Origin: Octopus bimaculoides
Lineage: Eukaryota
Direction of reading: 5' to 3'
NCBI RefSeq assembly: GCF_001194135.2
Contig: NC_069001.1
Coordinates: 29,815,549 to 29,871,362, forward strand
DNA length: 55,814 nucleotides
Positions 25,236 to 39,001 of this stretch are shown in pieces (position 1 is the first letter of the stretch; each line of letters opens with the position of its first letter). The translations under genes and the position numbers were made by a program. The notes beneath the pieces were generated by a model, which had not been told where the DNA came from, did not search any database, and was given only the letters and a program-made list of their open reading frames with translations.

Positions 25236-26337
25236 TTATACATATATGTTTAAATATCTAGGTGTATATGAATAATATATATATATAAATATATTTATAT
25301 ATATATATATATCAATCTATCGATAGACACACATGCATATACTTCTCAATTTATCAAACGCTTTATTCCACTTTGGAGAATTTCTTTCAGCAAATAGATG
25401 ATAGTAAATAAATCATATTTTAACATTTCCCAAAAAATAATTACCTCATATTGATTTTTAGTTTTACTTCAAAATATCAATAATTCACTTTGATGTGGAA
25501 GTGCGAAAAACAATAATTTTAACCAATCTATTACCCACCCTATATCACCAGTACTCTTCCTCCTGATTATGTTACCATCCCTATGTTTTCTGTTTTAATT
25601 CATTGATTAAAACGGACAATTCTTTGAATATTAATTCCAAAATATGCCAAATTCTTGCTATATAGAAATATTCAAATTTTTTCGGATCATTAACCTCGTC
25701 TAATGTTCCTGAGACGCACAGACCAGCGCGCCATTAGTATATATCTAAAAGCTATGTTTTCATGTAGATTATCGATGTGAAGAATCTTCGGTTTTAGAAT
25801 ATCACCTATTCACAATTTTGCTTCCTACTAAAGCTTTTCGACATCTATTCAATCCGTGACCGGAATGTGTTATTATTTTTTTTTCCCATTAATATTCCTT
25901 TAATATGGGACAGCTGCATTAAAATGTAAGGAACAAGTAAATTGGGAATTATTGCTAACCTGTTATGTTTTTATGCACTCATGCTTAATATGTTCAAATT
26001 TTGCAACATATTTAGAAACCCCATATTTTCTGTCAGAATTCGTATTTCTGTTTAGCTGTATGCTCCTCAACCTCTGAATTGGTACCTTTAAATACATCAG
26101 ATCAGAATATATGTTTTTTGTTTCGTATACGCCCACGCATGTTGCACATAAACAATTACACAAGTACACCAAAAGTGGACAAGTATAAAACTGACAAATT
26201 TTGAAGATATTATCTGCAGACAAACATGTTTAAAATACGAGCAAATTACGTCCAACATATTTCTCGCGGTCTGGCCAGGTGATGTAGTGTATCTATATAT
26301 CAATTTTACAATTTCCATATTATAAGTAAGGATGTAT

Positions 26338-26416
<79 letters not shown>

Positions 26417-27464
26417 ACACACACACACACACACACGTACATAAATATATATTTAATATCCGACATATATTTCTACCTTTATTTTTATTCTCGTATTTCC
26501 CTACATACTTCCCCCATCCATCCTTTTCCAGAATAACTCTTTATATTGGACTCTACTATTTGTCTCCAGTTAAGTCTCTCATATTGTCTTTTATGAAGGG
26601 ATATCCCTAATATCCCAGAAACAGCTGTAAGACTACCTTTCTCTTTATAAATGTCCTACAAATTCTACACAGCCTTGGTATGTTGTCTCATTTTATTTAA
26701 CACAGATACACACACACACACACACACTCTCACACACAGTATATATATATTGATAGATAAGAGAGATATAAATATAGATACATACATACAAATATATATA
26801 TTTGTATGTATATATATATATATATATGTATATACAGAGAGAGGGGGAAGGGAGAGTGAGGAAATTTAATGTAATATATATATATATATATATATATACT
26901 TATTTACATAAACATGCGTGTGCGTTTCTATACGTTTGTGTATATGTACGGAGGTATGTTTATTCAAATCCTACGGCACAACTCTCTCGGAAACGATGCA
27001 GAATTAAAGGACCCGTATTAAAGTCAATGCCACTTTCAGTTGCAAAACATCATTTGATTGTACATAAATGTTGTGAAAATGAATACTTCACTTAAAATTT
27101 CTAACGTAAGCTTGAGTTCACCTAGTTGCAATCTATAAAAAATACTATAATTTATCAATTAAGCATACGACTTAATTTATTTGAAATACCAATGCAGAAA
27201 AATTATGAAGAAGAAGAATAGTGGGTGATATACTCTGGCTGGCAACTGCGAAAACATTTGCAAAACAATAAACCTGGTGGTATTACGAAAGTTTTTTTTC
27301 CTTAATTCTTTCTTTTTTCTTTTAGTAAAATTATATATTTTGTACAATGAAGAAAATAAAAGTAATAATTTTTTTCGTATATGTAGGTTTCGAGTCTAGT
27401 ATTCTAAATAAGTAGTACATATATCTCTAGTCTATACAAAAGACTACCAGTTATACAACTATAT

Positions 27465-27672
27465 ACATATAGTTGATTGACCGTTGACTGAACACTATTC
27501 AATTTTTTTTCTCCGTATTTTTCTCCTTGTCTCCGTATTCTTTCTGTTGAAGAGCGTAGCTCGAAACGTCAAAGACTTTCCGTATTCCCGAGCGTCATAC
27601 TAATATATCCTTTTGTTATTTACACCAACTGTCCTCGTCTGTTGTTATTATTTGTATATTCTCCCATATATA
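27465..27672 (+). mobile_element. Penelope-like element terminal-repeat fragment, inferred
   Basis: A pyrimidine-rich segment carrying a minimal hammerhead-like motif, an arrangement typical of PLE pseudo-LTRs. No coding sequence is adjacent. Confidence 0.5.
27539..27575 (+). ncRNA. Minimal type I hammerhead-ribozyme-like motif
   Basis: UCUUU-CUGUUGA-A-GAGC GUA GCUC-GAAAC-GUC-AAAGA. It has a 5-bp stem I, a perfect 4-bp stem II, a palindromic ACGU helix III and a GUC triplet. The core has U in place of conserved A6. Confidence 0.55.
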
Positions 27673-28974
27673 CATGTACATCTAGCCCTTTCATATTTTC
27701 CTATACACACCAATTCTATATTTTTACATGTAATTTATTGAGGCCGATGTTTCCTAAATTGAAATGATTAATTGCGTTTACATTCACTCTTATACTCCAT
27801 TGCCTTTAGACGAAATCAATTTTAAAGATATCAACTAAAATTCTAAGACGCATAACCGTTTTCGGTGCTCCAACCCCTTAATGTTAATACCTTTTCGCAG
27901 GTTGAAGAGATTTGGTTTCACCTTTTACTTCATACGAGCGCTTGATGATGCTTTGCCGGTGGATGTCTCAACATCAATAAATCAGCATATTTCGCTTGGA
28001 GGCCGTTTAATATCCTTCATTATTCACTGATTTTTTTTTTCTTTTTTCATGTAGTTAATACGTTATATTACAATGTCTGTCACATCATTATGCTATATGC
28101 CCAGACATTGAGTCGTTGAATACACATAGGGAAACATTATTTGGAAATTGTGAATAACTTACAAAATATTTCTTGATCAAATAAACACGTTCTATGTCCG
28201 TGTATACCATAGGTGATGCGTTGTCTGTAAATTCTGTGCAAGGATTTTATATATATAGGATTCGAAAATATTTATTTTTGATTTGAATTTAAAAAAAAAA
28301 ACCCAAGAAAACTGCGGGATTCCTATAGCTTGTTGGGTACCTAATTATTTTTTATTGTAACAATATTTCCTCGTATATCTTTTGAAGTCTGCTATTATCT
28401 CACGGGCGAAAAGAACGAGTGAAACATCTATCATATTTGGTTTCTCTTCTAAAAGCTGCGATACATTCTATCAAACACGAATCTGGAGGCTTGTTTAGTT
28501 TGGGATTCGTGGATATACTAAGTTATGTCATTCAAACGAACATAACTCCTATCCATGATTAACTGATATTCTCGAACAACCTGACATTTTCTGGTGTTGC
28601 ATTTCGTACAAAAGCAATTATCTAGAAAATCGCCTTCATCGCAGCGTTTCAATTTATTTTCAGTTTACTAACACACTACCCTAACTGGTTGCATTATCAA
28701 GTACGTCTTATGATAAGACTTTCGAAAAGATATAGATGTGTGACTAAATCTCTTAAACGTTATTATCAAAACTCATCCTACGTCAAAGCAAAGCATCTCT
28801 CTCAGTAAGTGTATGTTTGGTGATGTAGTCTTGTTCTAGAATATTGCTTTCTTTTTAGTAAGTCCAACCAATTTACAGACCTGACTCAATATCATTCACC
28901 AAATAAAGAACGGTTATCTATAACGAAAGGGGTTTTCGAATACTGGATTATAATTAAAAATTATAAAAAACTAG

Positions 28975-29340
28975 GCGTAGGTGTGGCTTTGTGGTTTGAA
29001 GCTTGCTTCCTAACTACATGGCCTCGGGTTCAGACCCTCTGCGCAGCACCTTGTCAAGTGTTTTCTACCATAGCTTCGGATCGACCATATTAATTTGAGT
29101 GAATTTGGTAGACGGAAACTAAAAGAGGACCGGCGTAAATACAGATTTGTGCGTGCCTTACAACCGGTGTTGGTATGTTTACGGCCCCGTAACTTACCGC
29201 TTCGACAAAAGAGTGCTATATATTATGTACCCGGTTTCAAAATGAAGTAAGTATTGGAGTCAATTCTTTCAGCTAACAATTCCACAGGACAGATCCCCAG
29301 CACTGAAATAATTGAATGACTGAAACAAATGAAAGATAAA
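28975..29340 (+). mobile_element. SINE family B, near full length
   Basis: ggcgtaggtgtggctttgtggtttgaagcttgcttcc, gggttcagaccc, ccccgtaacttaccgcttcg and gaatgactgaaacaaatg. Confidence 0.85.
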
Positions 29341-29399
29341 GAACCACACCTTGTATGTTATGTAATATGTAGTCATAATAAAAGCGGAACTGACATCTT

Positions 29400-29905
29400 G
29401 GATCTTTTTTAAAACGGGGGCCACATTTTTCATTTTTCATTAACGAAACACTTTGAAACTTGGAACACTGGTAGAATGTGTCATATAAAACATATTTTTC
29501 TCTTAGTCTTCTTTAAAAAAAAAAAGAAATCCTTAAGTTATTCCATGTTAAAATTGTCGTATTTCTGTAATTTCAACCAATCACTGACGTCCATTCAGCC
29601 GATATACATTAAGTGTCGACTACATAAACAAACGATTCTGAAACAATTCTATCGGTGATAGGGTTAGGGTTAGGGTAAAACAGCAAATTTAAAAAGAAAA
29701 AAGCAAAACGAAGCTATGGAAATTAAATACGCTTTACACCACTTAATCAGCCAAAGGNNNNNNNNNNNATAAATTCGAATACAAAAATATTTTTCTGTTC
29801 TATAACACAAAATAGATAAGTATACGAAGTTTGAAAGTCTTTCGGTACCAAAAACACTACGTAAAACATTAATGAAAAATGTGGCCCCCGTTTTAAAAAA
29901 GATCC
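29400..29905. mobile_element. MITE (non-autonomous DNA transposon) with 35-bp perfect TIRs and 8-bp TSD
   Basis: The TIR ggatcttttttaaaacgggggccacatttttcatt occurs at 29400-29434 and 29871-29905. The TSD gacatctt occurs at 29392-29399 and 29906-29913. Internal tagggttagggttaggg at 29659-29675. Confidence 0.95.
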
Positions 29906-30764
29906 GACATCTTTACTTAATATATATTCAAAGTTGTGGTTAATGCACCATGGCTAACAGTTATGTATTTAAGCCTTATAACATTTCGGAATACACCATG
30001 AATTTGACTGCTGTGTTTTTTTCTCCTGGCTTGAATAGTTTCTGTCCTCAAAATGCATTTTGTTTTCTTCGTATTTTAGCAGGGGATAGTTTCAGTTTTT
30101 ACTTCGGCGTAATTTTACCGCGTGCGAAATTACTCATCTTTAATCTAAATTTAGATCTTTCCTGCGTAATATGACAATCAGACTGAAAGTTTTGTAATCT
30201 CAGTTGTTTAAACGCATTCGAAAGAATAATAGGCAGTGAACTAAATTCTCTGTTGACTCACTGCAGAATTTAACTTCAAATCTGACAATTGTTGGAACGG
30301 TTTAATTGCATGGTTCTCACAATATTTCTCTGAAAAATATACGACTGTTCGCTTCCATTTAATTCCCAGTCGTTCGACATTTAAAACTTAAATGAATATA
30401 GTTATTTCTGTGTTAAAGTATTGGACAAGATCTAATAGATACTGAAATAGCGAATATGGGAAGATAAGCATTTGCCTTCTTCAGTATAAGCATATTCATG
30501 CCTTTATGAGCTGAATTTATTTAAAATGTCTCTACTGAAGAGGCGTTTAGGAATTATGAACAAGTAGTACATACCACTATAAATTTTACCCATAAATGAT
30601 ATTGCCGATAACATCACAAAAACTTATATTCAACCTTTTTCAGAAAAAAACATAGACGCAAATACACACACACGAACCCCCACACATACTCCACCCGCAG
30701 AGGCACACAAACAAATCTATCTATATATATCTCCCCTCTCTCTCTCACACACACACACACACAC

Positions 30765-30806
<42 letters not shown>

Positions 30807-30807
30807 C

Positions 30808-30870
30808 TAACAGAATCGTTAGCATCGCGTGTGAAATGTTTAGCGTTGTTTTGACTGTCTTCAAATTCTG
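30808..30870 (+). mobile_element. SINE family A head, cut by an assembly gap
   Basis: cagaatcgttagcatcgcgtgtgaaatgtttagcgttgttttgactgtc runs into the Ns. Confidence 0.6.
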
Positions 30871-31454
30871 NNNNNNNNNNNNNNNNNNNNNNNNNNNNNN
30901 NNNNNNNNNNNNNNNNNNNNNNNNNNNNNNNNNNNNNNNNNNNNNNNNNNNNNNNNNNNNNNNNNNNNNNNNNNNNNNNNNNNNNNNNNNNNNNNNNNNN
31001 NNNNNNNNNNNNNNNNNNNNNNNNNNNNNNNNNNNNNNNNNNNNNNNNNNNNNNNNNNNNNNNNNNNNNNNNNNNNNNNNNNNNNNNNNNNNNNNNNNNN
31101 NNNNNNNNNNNNNNNNNNNNNNNNNNNNNNNNNNNNNNNNNNNNNNNNNNNNNNNNNNNNNNNNNNNNNNNNNNNNNNNNNNNNNNNNNNNNNNNNNNNN
31201 NNNNNNNNNNNNNNNNNNNNNNNNNNNNNNNNNNNNNNNNNNNNNNNNNNNNNNNNNNNNNNNNNNNNNNNNNNNNNNNNNNNNNNNNNNNNNNNNNNNN
31301 NNNNNNNNNNNNNNNNNNNNNNNNNNNNNNNNNNNNNNNNNNNNNNNNNNNNNNNNNNNNNNNNNNNNNNNNNNNNNNNNNNCAGCTCGCCGCCTTCCCG
31401 CAGAGACAAATAATGATTCTTTAAAACAGTCCACTAATTATATATAGAAAGACA

Positions 31455-31612
31455 ACGACACAAGGCCAGCAAGACTGGGGAGAGAGTAAGTCGAATATAT
31501 TACGTCGACCGCAGTACTCAATTAATACTTGCCTTATCGACTCCGAAAGGATGAAAAACAAAGTCGACCTTGGTGGAATTTGAATCCAGAGGGTAAAGAC
31601 AGACGAAATACC
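31455..31612 (-). mobile_element. SINE family A, older host copy (3' part)
   Basis: The body ends at agacagacgaaatacc (31612). Confidence 0.8.
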
Positions 31613-31845
31613 TATTTCGTTATTGCCCACAAGGGGCTAAACATAGAGGGAACAAACAAGAACAGACGAACGGATTAAGTCGATTACATCGACCCCAGTG
31701 CGTAACTGGTACTTAATTTATCGACCCCGAAAGGATGAAAGGCAAAGTCGACCTCGGCGGAATTTGAACTCAGAACGTAACGGCAGACGAAATACCGTTA
31801 AGCATTTCGCCCGGCGTGCTAACCACTCTGCCAGCTCGCCGCCTT
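31613..31845 (-). mobile_element. SINE family A, young full-length copy
   Basis: Runs from tatttcgttattgcccacaagggg to ctgccagctcgccgcctt; one mismatch against 17813-18022. Confidence 0.95.
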
Positions 31846-31904
31846 CCCGCAGAGACAAATAATGATTCTTTAAAACAGTCCACTAATTATATATAGAAAG
31901 ACAA

Positions 31905-32050
31905 CGACACAAGGCCAGCAAGACTGGGGAGAGAGTAAGTCGAATATATTACGTCGACCGCAGTACTCAATTAATACTTGCCTTATCGACTCCGAAATAA
32001 TGTAAGGCAAAGGATTTGAACTCAAAACGAAAAGACGGACGAAAGTACAG
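31905..32050 (-). mobile_element. SINE family A, decayed
   Basis: Identical to the 31455 copy up to cgactccgaaa, then diverges (ggatttgaactcaaaacg). Confidence 0.7.
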
Positions 32051-33095
32051 GAAGAAATTTCGTGCAATATTCTACCGATCCATTGCTCCGGTTTTCATAA
32101 AATATTTTACTTAGCGTTGCTGAAGGCGACATAAAATTCCAATAGGTAAACACTTATCAATTATTAGAAATGTTTCCATAGTTTATAATTGGTATCCAAA
32201 ACTCGGAAAATTGTAACGAAATTAAAAATTCTGAAATAATGAATTAAAAAAAGAAAAAAAGCTCGAGTTCCTTTTTCATCGATTAGCTTTCTGCGCAAGA
32301 AGAACATCCTTAATTTATCACCGTCGAGGTTTTGGGTTCCACATTAGTGGCACTGCTTCCAAAGTCACATCATAGAACCACAAACAGGAATTAATATCTG
32401 ACGCACCTAAATGGATTAGGTATGCTACAATGTGTTTCAAAGTATCATCATTTTTAAATGTATAAATCATTTGTTTATTTATTTATATTATGTATTTATT
32501 CATACATTTATTTACATTTCAGTTTACTAAATTAAGCTAATTCATTGGACTCCATGCAACGAAGTCGTTACATGCTGTAACTTTATTACAATTGTCTCGT
32601 AAATATTTATCTAAAGATATCAGAAGTTATTTTGTAACGAAATGAATTAAATGAACAGAAATATTCTGAATTAACAGTACTTGTGTTTTGCCATTATCTT
32701 CAAATTTGTAATCTCTTGTCAAACACTATATTCTAATTAGTCCATTACAAGTATAACTAATCACTATGGACGTATTTATACATCTCATAGCCCATAGGTA
32801 TTTGAAGAGTGGTTTTAGAAAGGAAAAAAACTGAAAAGAAAAAGAGATTTGATTGTGACATATATTCAAGCAAATGTATTATATTTAATTTCCATATTGC
32901 TATATTCGCATTTTCTATTAGTATAAATCTCCAGGCAACAATTTATCATAGCATACATGACGAATATATCATGAATGCATTAAGCATATAATTATAAAAC
33001 ACATATACAGATAGTATATGCCTCAAATTCGTGTGTGCATGTAATTGTTTCTGTATGCACACTCACACACACACACACACACATATGTGTGTATG

Positions 33096-33137
<42 letters not shown>

Positions 33138-33239
33138 TTACGCCCTATGTAAACAAACAAGTTTGTATTCGAAGTGTTGAAATGTATTGTAGAACAAGTA
33201 GAAAGATAAATTATATTCAACACACACATATACAAATAT

Positions 33240-33385
33240 ACGTATATACGACGGACTTCTTTCTGTTTCCGTCAACTAAATCCATTTACAAGTCTATAGT
33301 AGAAGAAATTTAACAAAGGAGCAACTGAACCCGAAACCATCTGGTTCGGAACGAAGCTTCTTACTCCACATGCTCGGCTGTACCT
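33240..33385 (-). mobile_element. SINE family B, 5' part with internal deletion
   Basis: Contains cgacggacttctttctgtttccgtcaactaaatcc and ctgaacccgaaaccatctggttcggaacgaagcttcttac. Confidence 0.75.
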
Positions 33386-35596
33386 ATATATAAATATTTA
33401 ATTGTTGTTACCCGAAACACTTTAGATATGCTAATAAAGCTCCGATTTCATTAAGACGGGCCAACGTCTCTAGGAACACAGAATGTCAGAAACTAAAGCG
33501 TCATTCCTATCAGACATTAAACATCCCCAGCCCTTAACACAAGTATTGCACTAAGATTTCATTTTGACATGCTATTAAAGATTCTGTAAATGTGTAATTA
33601 TTTTCAACTTACATTTACTTCTGATCATGGATTGAGTATGAATGACGTTACAATTTGTTTGAGCTTTTTTATCTTTTTCTGTTGATGCTAAATATTTTTA
33701 ATACTATTTAAAAATTGCAAAGACTTTAGCTTTTCTTTTTTCATATTTCACCTTATCATTTTCTCTTTTCTCACAATATGTGATTCTTCAGGTATCGAAA
33801 TTGCAATTTCACACTGTTGTATAAATACAACAATCCAACAGCCAAAGCCTCTTAATTTTTCTTGTTCATCTCAATCATTAGATTCCTACCAATACCACGC
33901 CTTGTAAAACTAGTAAGGCACTCACTGTATCATCTTCTCAGAAATTATTACGTAACGCGATATTTAACACTTCCGATGTAGATGCAAAACGCGATCGCGG
34001 ACGGTGCTGACTGAAATATAACTGAAACTAAAAAAAACATTGGCCACTGAATATCACTTGATGATTTTCTGCGACAATATATTGTAGCTTGGAATGTTCT
34101 CAGCTTTTTTTGTACAATATAAATTGTATATTCACTGTTTTGCTTTTCACCTCATGTCGGTTACATTTGTTATGCTTATTTATCTGTCTTCCACGTTTCA
34201 TCTGAGAAAATAGAAGGGCTGTTCTCAATTTCGAGAAAAAGGAGGAACGATTATCTCCCTTCTACTAACACTCCACAAGTTCAAAAGTCTCTGGTAGTTA
34301 CCTCAAAAGTTTCCAATGAGACTATTGGCGAAACTTTATGATGTTATGTCTACGTAGAGAAGTATCTTCTATATAACGACTGACTACTACTAAATAGGAG
34401 CAGCTTGAAAACAATATTGTTCTATATATTACATTAATATATGTGCCATAAAGAACCAAACGAAAATTGAATGCCCGCACTTAATTCAAATTCCAAGAAA
34501 TCAAAACATAAGATATGCCCCAGTACAGTCGTAGGCTATTGACTGAAGCAAGATGAAAATTAAAAAGAAACATAAAGACAGTAAGGCCGATTGATAATTT
34601 ATTGTTCTAAATGTGCAAATGCCAATAGGTCATACATAATTCAAATAGAACTTTAATATCTTGGCCAAAAGAAAATTGTTCGAGATAGATATAAATGAAA
34701 GTAAATTCGAAGCATTAATTGGCAGCGTTTTCGGTTTCCTAAACTAATTTCTAAATGATTTAATAGAATACGCGATTATGATACCTTTAAATTCTAACCA
34801 CAGAGAGCATATTATAATATATCATATAAGAAACAGAGTTTGTATACATACGTTGAAGAATGTTTTCCTAGAACGAGACACGCACTATAGATTTCCTGTC
34901 ATATTTTAAGAATCAGATCGTCGCATGCAATCGTAATTATGGTTTTCACTGAACAGAGCAATACGTTCAAATAATATACATCTAACGAACGGAAGAGTAT
35001 ATTTGATATGATGTGTTTTAGTTGCATTTACATCTGACAACCACCGATGTAGATTATCTCCTCTGAAACTTATTTCTTTGCTTTTGTGTCTAGACTGACA
35101 TAAAGTTCAGTTTTCCGCAAATCAATCACAAGACGTTGCTGTATGAAAATGTACGTACATATTCATCAACTTCTACATACTTCTGTGTGTGTGAGTGTGT
35201 GTGTGTGTGTGTGAGTATGATTTTTAAGCAAATGCTATATCACGCCTTTGAAGTATTATGTCTGTCCTCGTTCCCCTTGCTATAATTCACCTCAGTAAAT
35301 TGTATTTTCTATGTGACATGTGAAAGACTTATCGCGTTCAAATCGTTTCAGTTTCAAGTCGTAAATATAAAGGCTTGATGTATTCATGCACTTCTGATCC
35401 CGGTAGGTCGGAATAAATCCGATCAGTTGCTTTGTATGACAACTACATATTCTTAGAATATTTTACGGGCACCAAAACAAATAATACGGTATACCAAAAG
35501 TATACAAACGTACTGAGTGACGTCAATTCCTCCAAATGTACTTCTTTAATCTTAATATAGATATAGATCACATATTTATTGATCATGGTTCCAATG

Positions 35597-35639
<43 letters not shown>

Positions 35640-37666
35640 TAGTAAACTAATAACTGAACTTGGGTAACGTTTAAATAAAAGAATTATATCCGCTATGAAT
35701 TCCACTTAAGTGGCTGGTACAATAATTTACTGAGCGGGGGGTCGGATTGCTTCTCATGCAAATTGCAGCAGGGTAGGAGAAATTTATGCACAGAAGTCTA
35801 CATATTATGTTATTCTCAACTCTGGGCCAATTACTATCTTATAGATTTTCGATCACGTTTACAAGCACATATGTTCAACTTGTATAGTTTCCAATAGACA
35901 TTCCATTTTTAATAAGACAGGATATGGTATGAAGCAGCGTTACTTTTATCATTATTTCTTTGAGGTTGATTATATGATATGAAGTATATTGGATTTGACA
36001 AACAACAAAATTATTCTACTTTATGAGGCGAGGAGATATCCAGTTTTCTTGTACCTACTTTGTGCGATGCCTCATTTCCCCGTAGAATGGCCCACTAGTG
36101 TTCTTATTCTCCTCGTGGCATAATTCCACAAACGCCTACTTTATTGACTGGGTGAAATGTCATATTGCCGGGAAAGATATAATGCACATTATTCTCAACA
36201 TAAAGGAGATTCCATGTCACATGTCTGCAGTTGTCGATAGTGTTGTGTAATATCTATATCTCTACCATCGTCACGTATACTCTCTGTCAAATATGTAATT
36301 GCTCCCAACCTCGCCATTCACGTATGACACAACATTAAAACCAATTTCATTTCTATGATACAGCTATAGTAATGAAAAAGGAATGACGTAATTGACAGCT
36401 TTGTTCATCATTCTACGAATTGTATTTCGGGCGTTATAAAGAAAGCTTAAATATTAAAAGTCTTATACCAGCTCTGAACTATTTTTCAGCATTAGTTTTT
36501 AGTTTACTGTGTGATAAATATCTCAGTAACCATTGTACTGGCGTTTCATAAGTAATGTAGTAATTAAATATAAGGTGTATTTTCACTTGAAGCGTTATAT
36601 TAAGGTATTAGTCTCAAAAACGTATTACGTGAAGAGAGCATTTCAATATACGCCCAAGTGCTTGATATCGAGCAACAACATAATCATTTCATTGATTCTC
36701 TTAGATTCTGTGTTATGATGGAATACGAAATATGCCATCACATAGCAAAAATATTGATAAATAACGTGTTTGTCAAAAATCTTCTTTTGAATATATATTT
36801 TTGCTATTAAAAATACGTCAACTGAAGAACGATGATCGATTATTCACAATGGGAAAAGAAAAACGAAATAATGAACTTACTGATAAGAATATATGTTGGA
36901 GATGTTAAACTAAATATTTGAATAGCACAATTCCAGTTTCACTGTTGTTCCATATTAATATAATTTAAAGTGGTCATTGAAATTTCTGTTAGAACTTGCA
37001 GAGAAATTGCCCTCAAATTAGATATTAACTAGGCAAATAGAGAACATATAATCAGAAATAGCATACATATAATTGCAATAATATATGGTGTTTGATGAAT
37101 AAGTATCCGGAGTGTTGTCAAGGTAACGAAGCTAAAGTACGAAGAGCAAAGACGCTCAGTAAAGATTGACCCTGACCTCTACTGTTCATGCGCACTAAGT
37201 ATTAAAGTTCTAGCTCACATCTGCTGTTTAGAGCAGTGCTTGGAAGGAAGGAAGGTGTGTAGCGTGTGATCGTCGCATTGACTATGACGGAAAAAATGTT
37301 GTCACAGCGATACCTATTCAGAGGTCGACACAAAGTTGTAGAAAGTATATAGAGAAGAGTGAATGAGCCACGTACATGTGTACGAGTGGTTCAGACATTT
37401 CCACGATGCAGCCACACACATACACATGTGCCCACACGTACATAAATAAACATGGGATGGATAAGTGTGTACATGTAAAGAATATAACATTAATTTATAT
37501 AAATATCTCATAATTCTGCTTATCCTCCAAGGAGTAGCACGTCTGTAACGCTTTCAGTTGGAGTGAGGCTTTCTATGCAAATGAAATATATTATACACAC
37601 GCGCGCGTGTGTATAACATACACTCACTCACTCACTCACTCACTCACTCACTCACTNNNNNNNNNN

Positions 37667-37724
<58 letters not shown>

Positions 37725-38109
37725 ATCGTTACCATTTCTGAGACGGGAGCCAGAAAAGAGTTCAGTCGACCCCAGAACTTATACTTGTTACAAGCTTGGA
37801 AATCATTCATCAAGATTATTTTGACAAACTGCAAAGTTACTGTGGATGTTAATACCGGTTGTCAAGCAGTGGTAGAGAACAAACACAACCACAAGTATAT
37901 ACATACATACATACATACATACATATACGCGCGCGCGCGCGCAGGCAAATATGCAGGAGGCATCTTTCAGTTACTAATTTGCAAATCCACAAGAACGGCT
38001 GTAGTAAAAGACACTTGACCAAGCTGCAATGCACATTGATCAACTTACCTACTACATATCAACTCCGCAAATCATTTTGTAATAGTTTTGAAATTCTGCA
38101 CCTCGCTCT

Positions 38110-38245
38110 AGTATGAAATATCATACAATATCATACACTATCGTATGCAGTATCATATAATACCATACAGTATCGCACGAGATATCTTATAACAGCATGC
38201 AATATATTATGCAATATCATATACAATATACTATACAATATCGTC
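38110..38245. repeat. Degenerate ~10-bp tandem repeat (CAATATCATA-like)
   Basis: Repeating caatatcata/cagtatcata/cactatcgta units. Confidence 0.7.
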
Positions 38246-38609
38246 TGCAACATCCTTCTTGTATTCGCATCATTTTAGCAGGAAAAGTATCTTTATAATG
38301 GAGTTGAAGCAAAATGAGAATATACATTATGTGGGTTTTGATCCTAAAATCTCTCTTTAAATGACGAATAAGAACAACATAATTAAACAATGCCTGTTGG
38401 TGTTAAATAAATTAATTTACCTAAATTTATGATGCTCTTTGACATAAACAAGATTAATAGTTAAATTGAAATAATAGCGGTTTTAGTGGATCAGAAATAA
38501 ATAAATTCTTTGGAGAATATGCAATTAGAATATTTCATTAGAGGCTATATCATTTAAATTACATAATTAAATGAAACTATTTGCATATATGTGCACATAA
38601 ATAGGTATA

Positions 38610-38667
<58 letters not shown>

Positions 38668-38726
38668 TTTATAGATGTGTATATCTATCTATCTACCTAC
38701 ATATATATATGAAGGTAAGTATGTGT

Positions 38727-38761
<35 letters not shown>

Positions 38762-38969
38762 TCTAGCTATCCATTTATCAATCTATTTATATGCATGTAT
38801 ATATATAGAGAGAGAGGGGCAGAGAGAGGCAGAGATAGGTAGAGAAAGAAAGAGGCACTGAGAGGCAGAGAGGGAGACGCAACTAAATCTCAGGTGGAAA
38901 AATATATATGTACATAAATCTATATATGTATGTGATTGTGTATCTGTGTGTGAATAACTAATGGGTAGG

Positions 38970-39001
<32 letters not shown>

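Larger units (their letters stand above)
31383..31997. repeat. Perfect 166-bp direct repeat, period 449 bp
   Basis: 31383-31548 is identical to 31832-31997, including a ~60-bp non-SINE spacer. It abuts the gap at 30871-31382. Confidence 0.9.

Noticed and set aside
29659-29675. True telomere or chromosome-fusion scar
   Set aside because: Under three units, and they are internal to a MITE.
37167-37178. Nuclear-receptor-like direct repeat tgaccctgacct
   Set aside because: An isolated 12-mer that cannot be supported without conservation or binding data.
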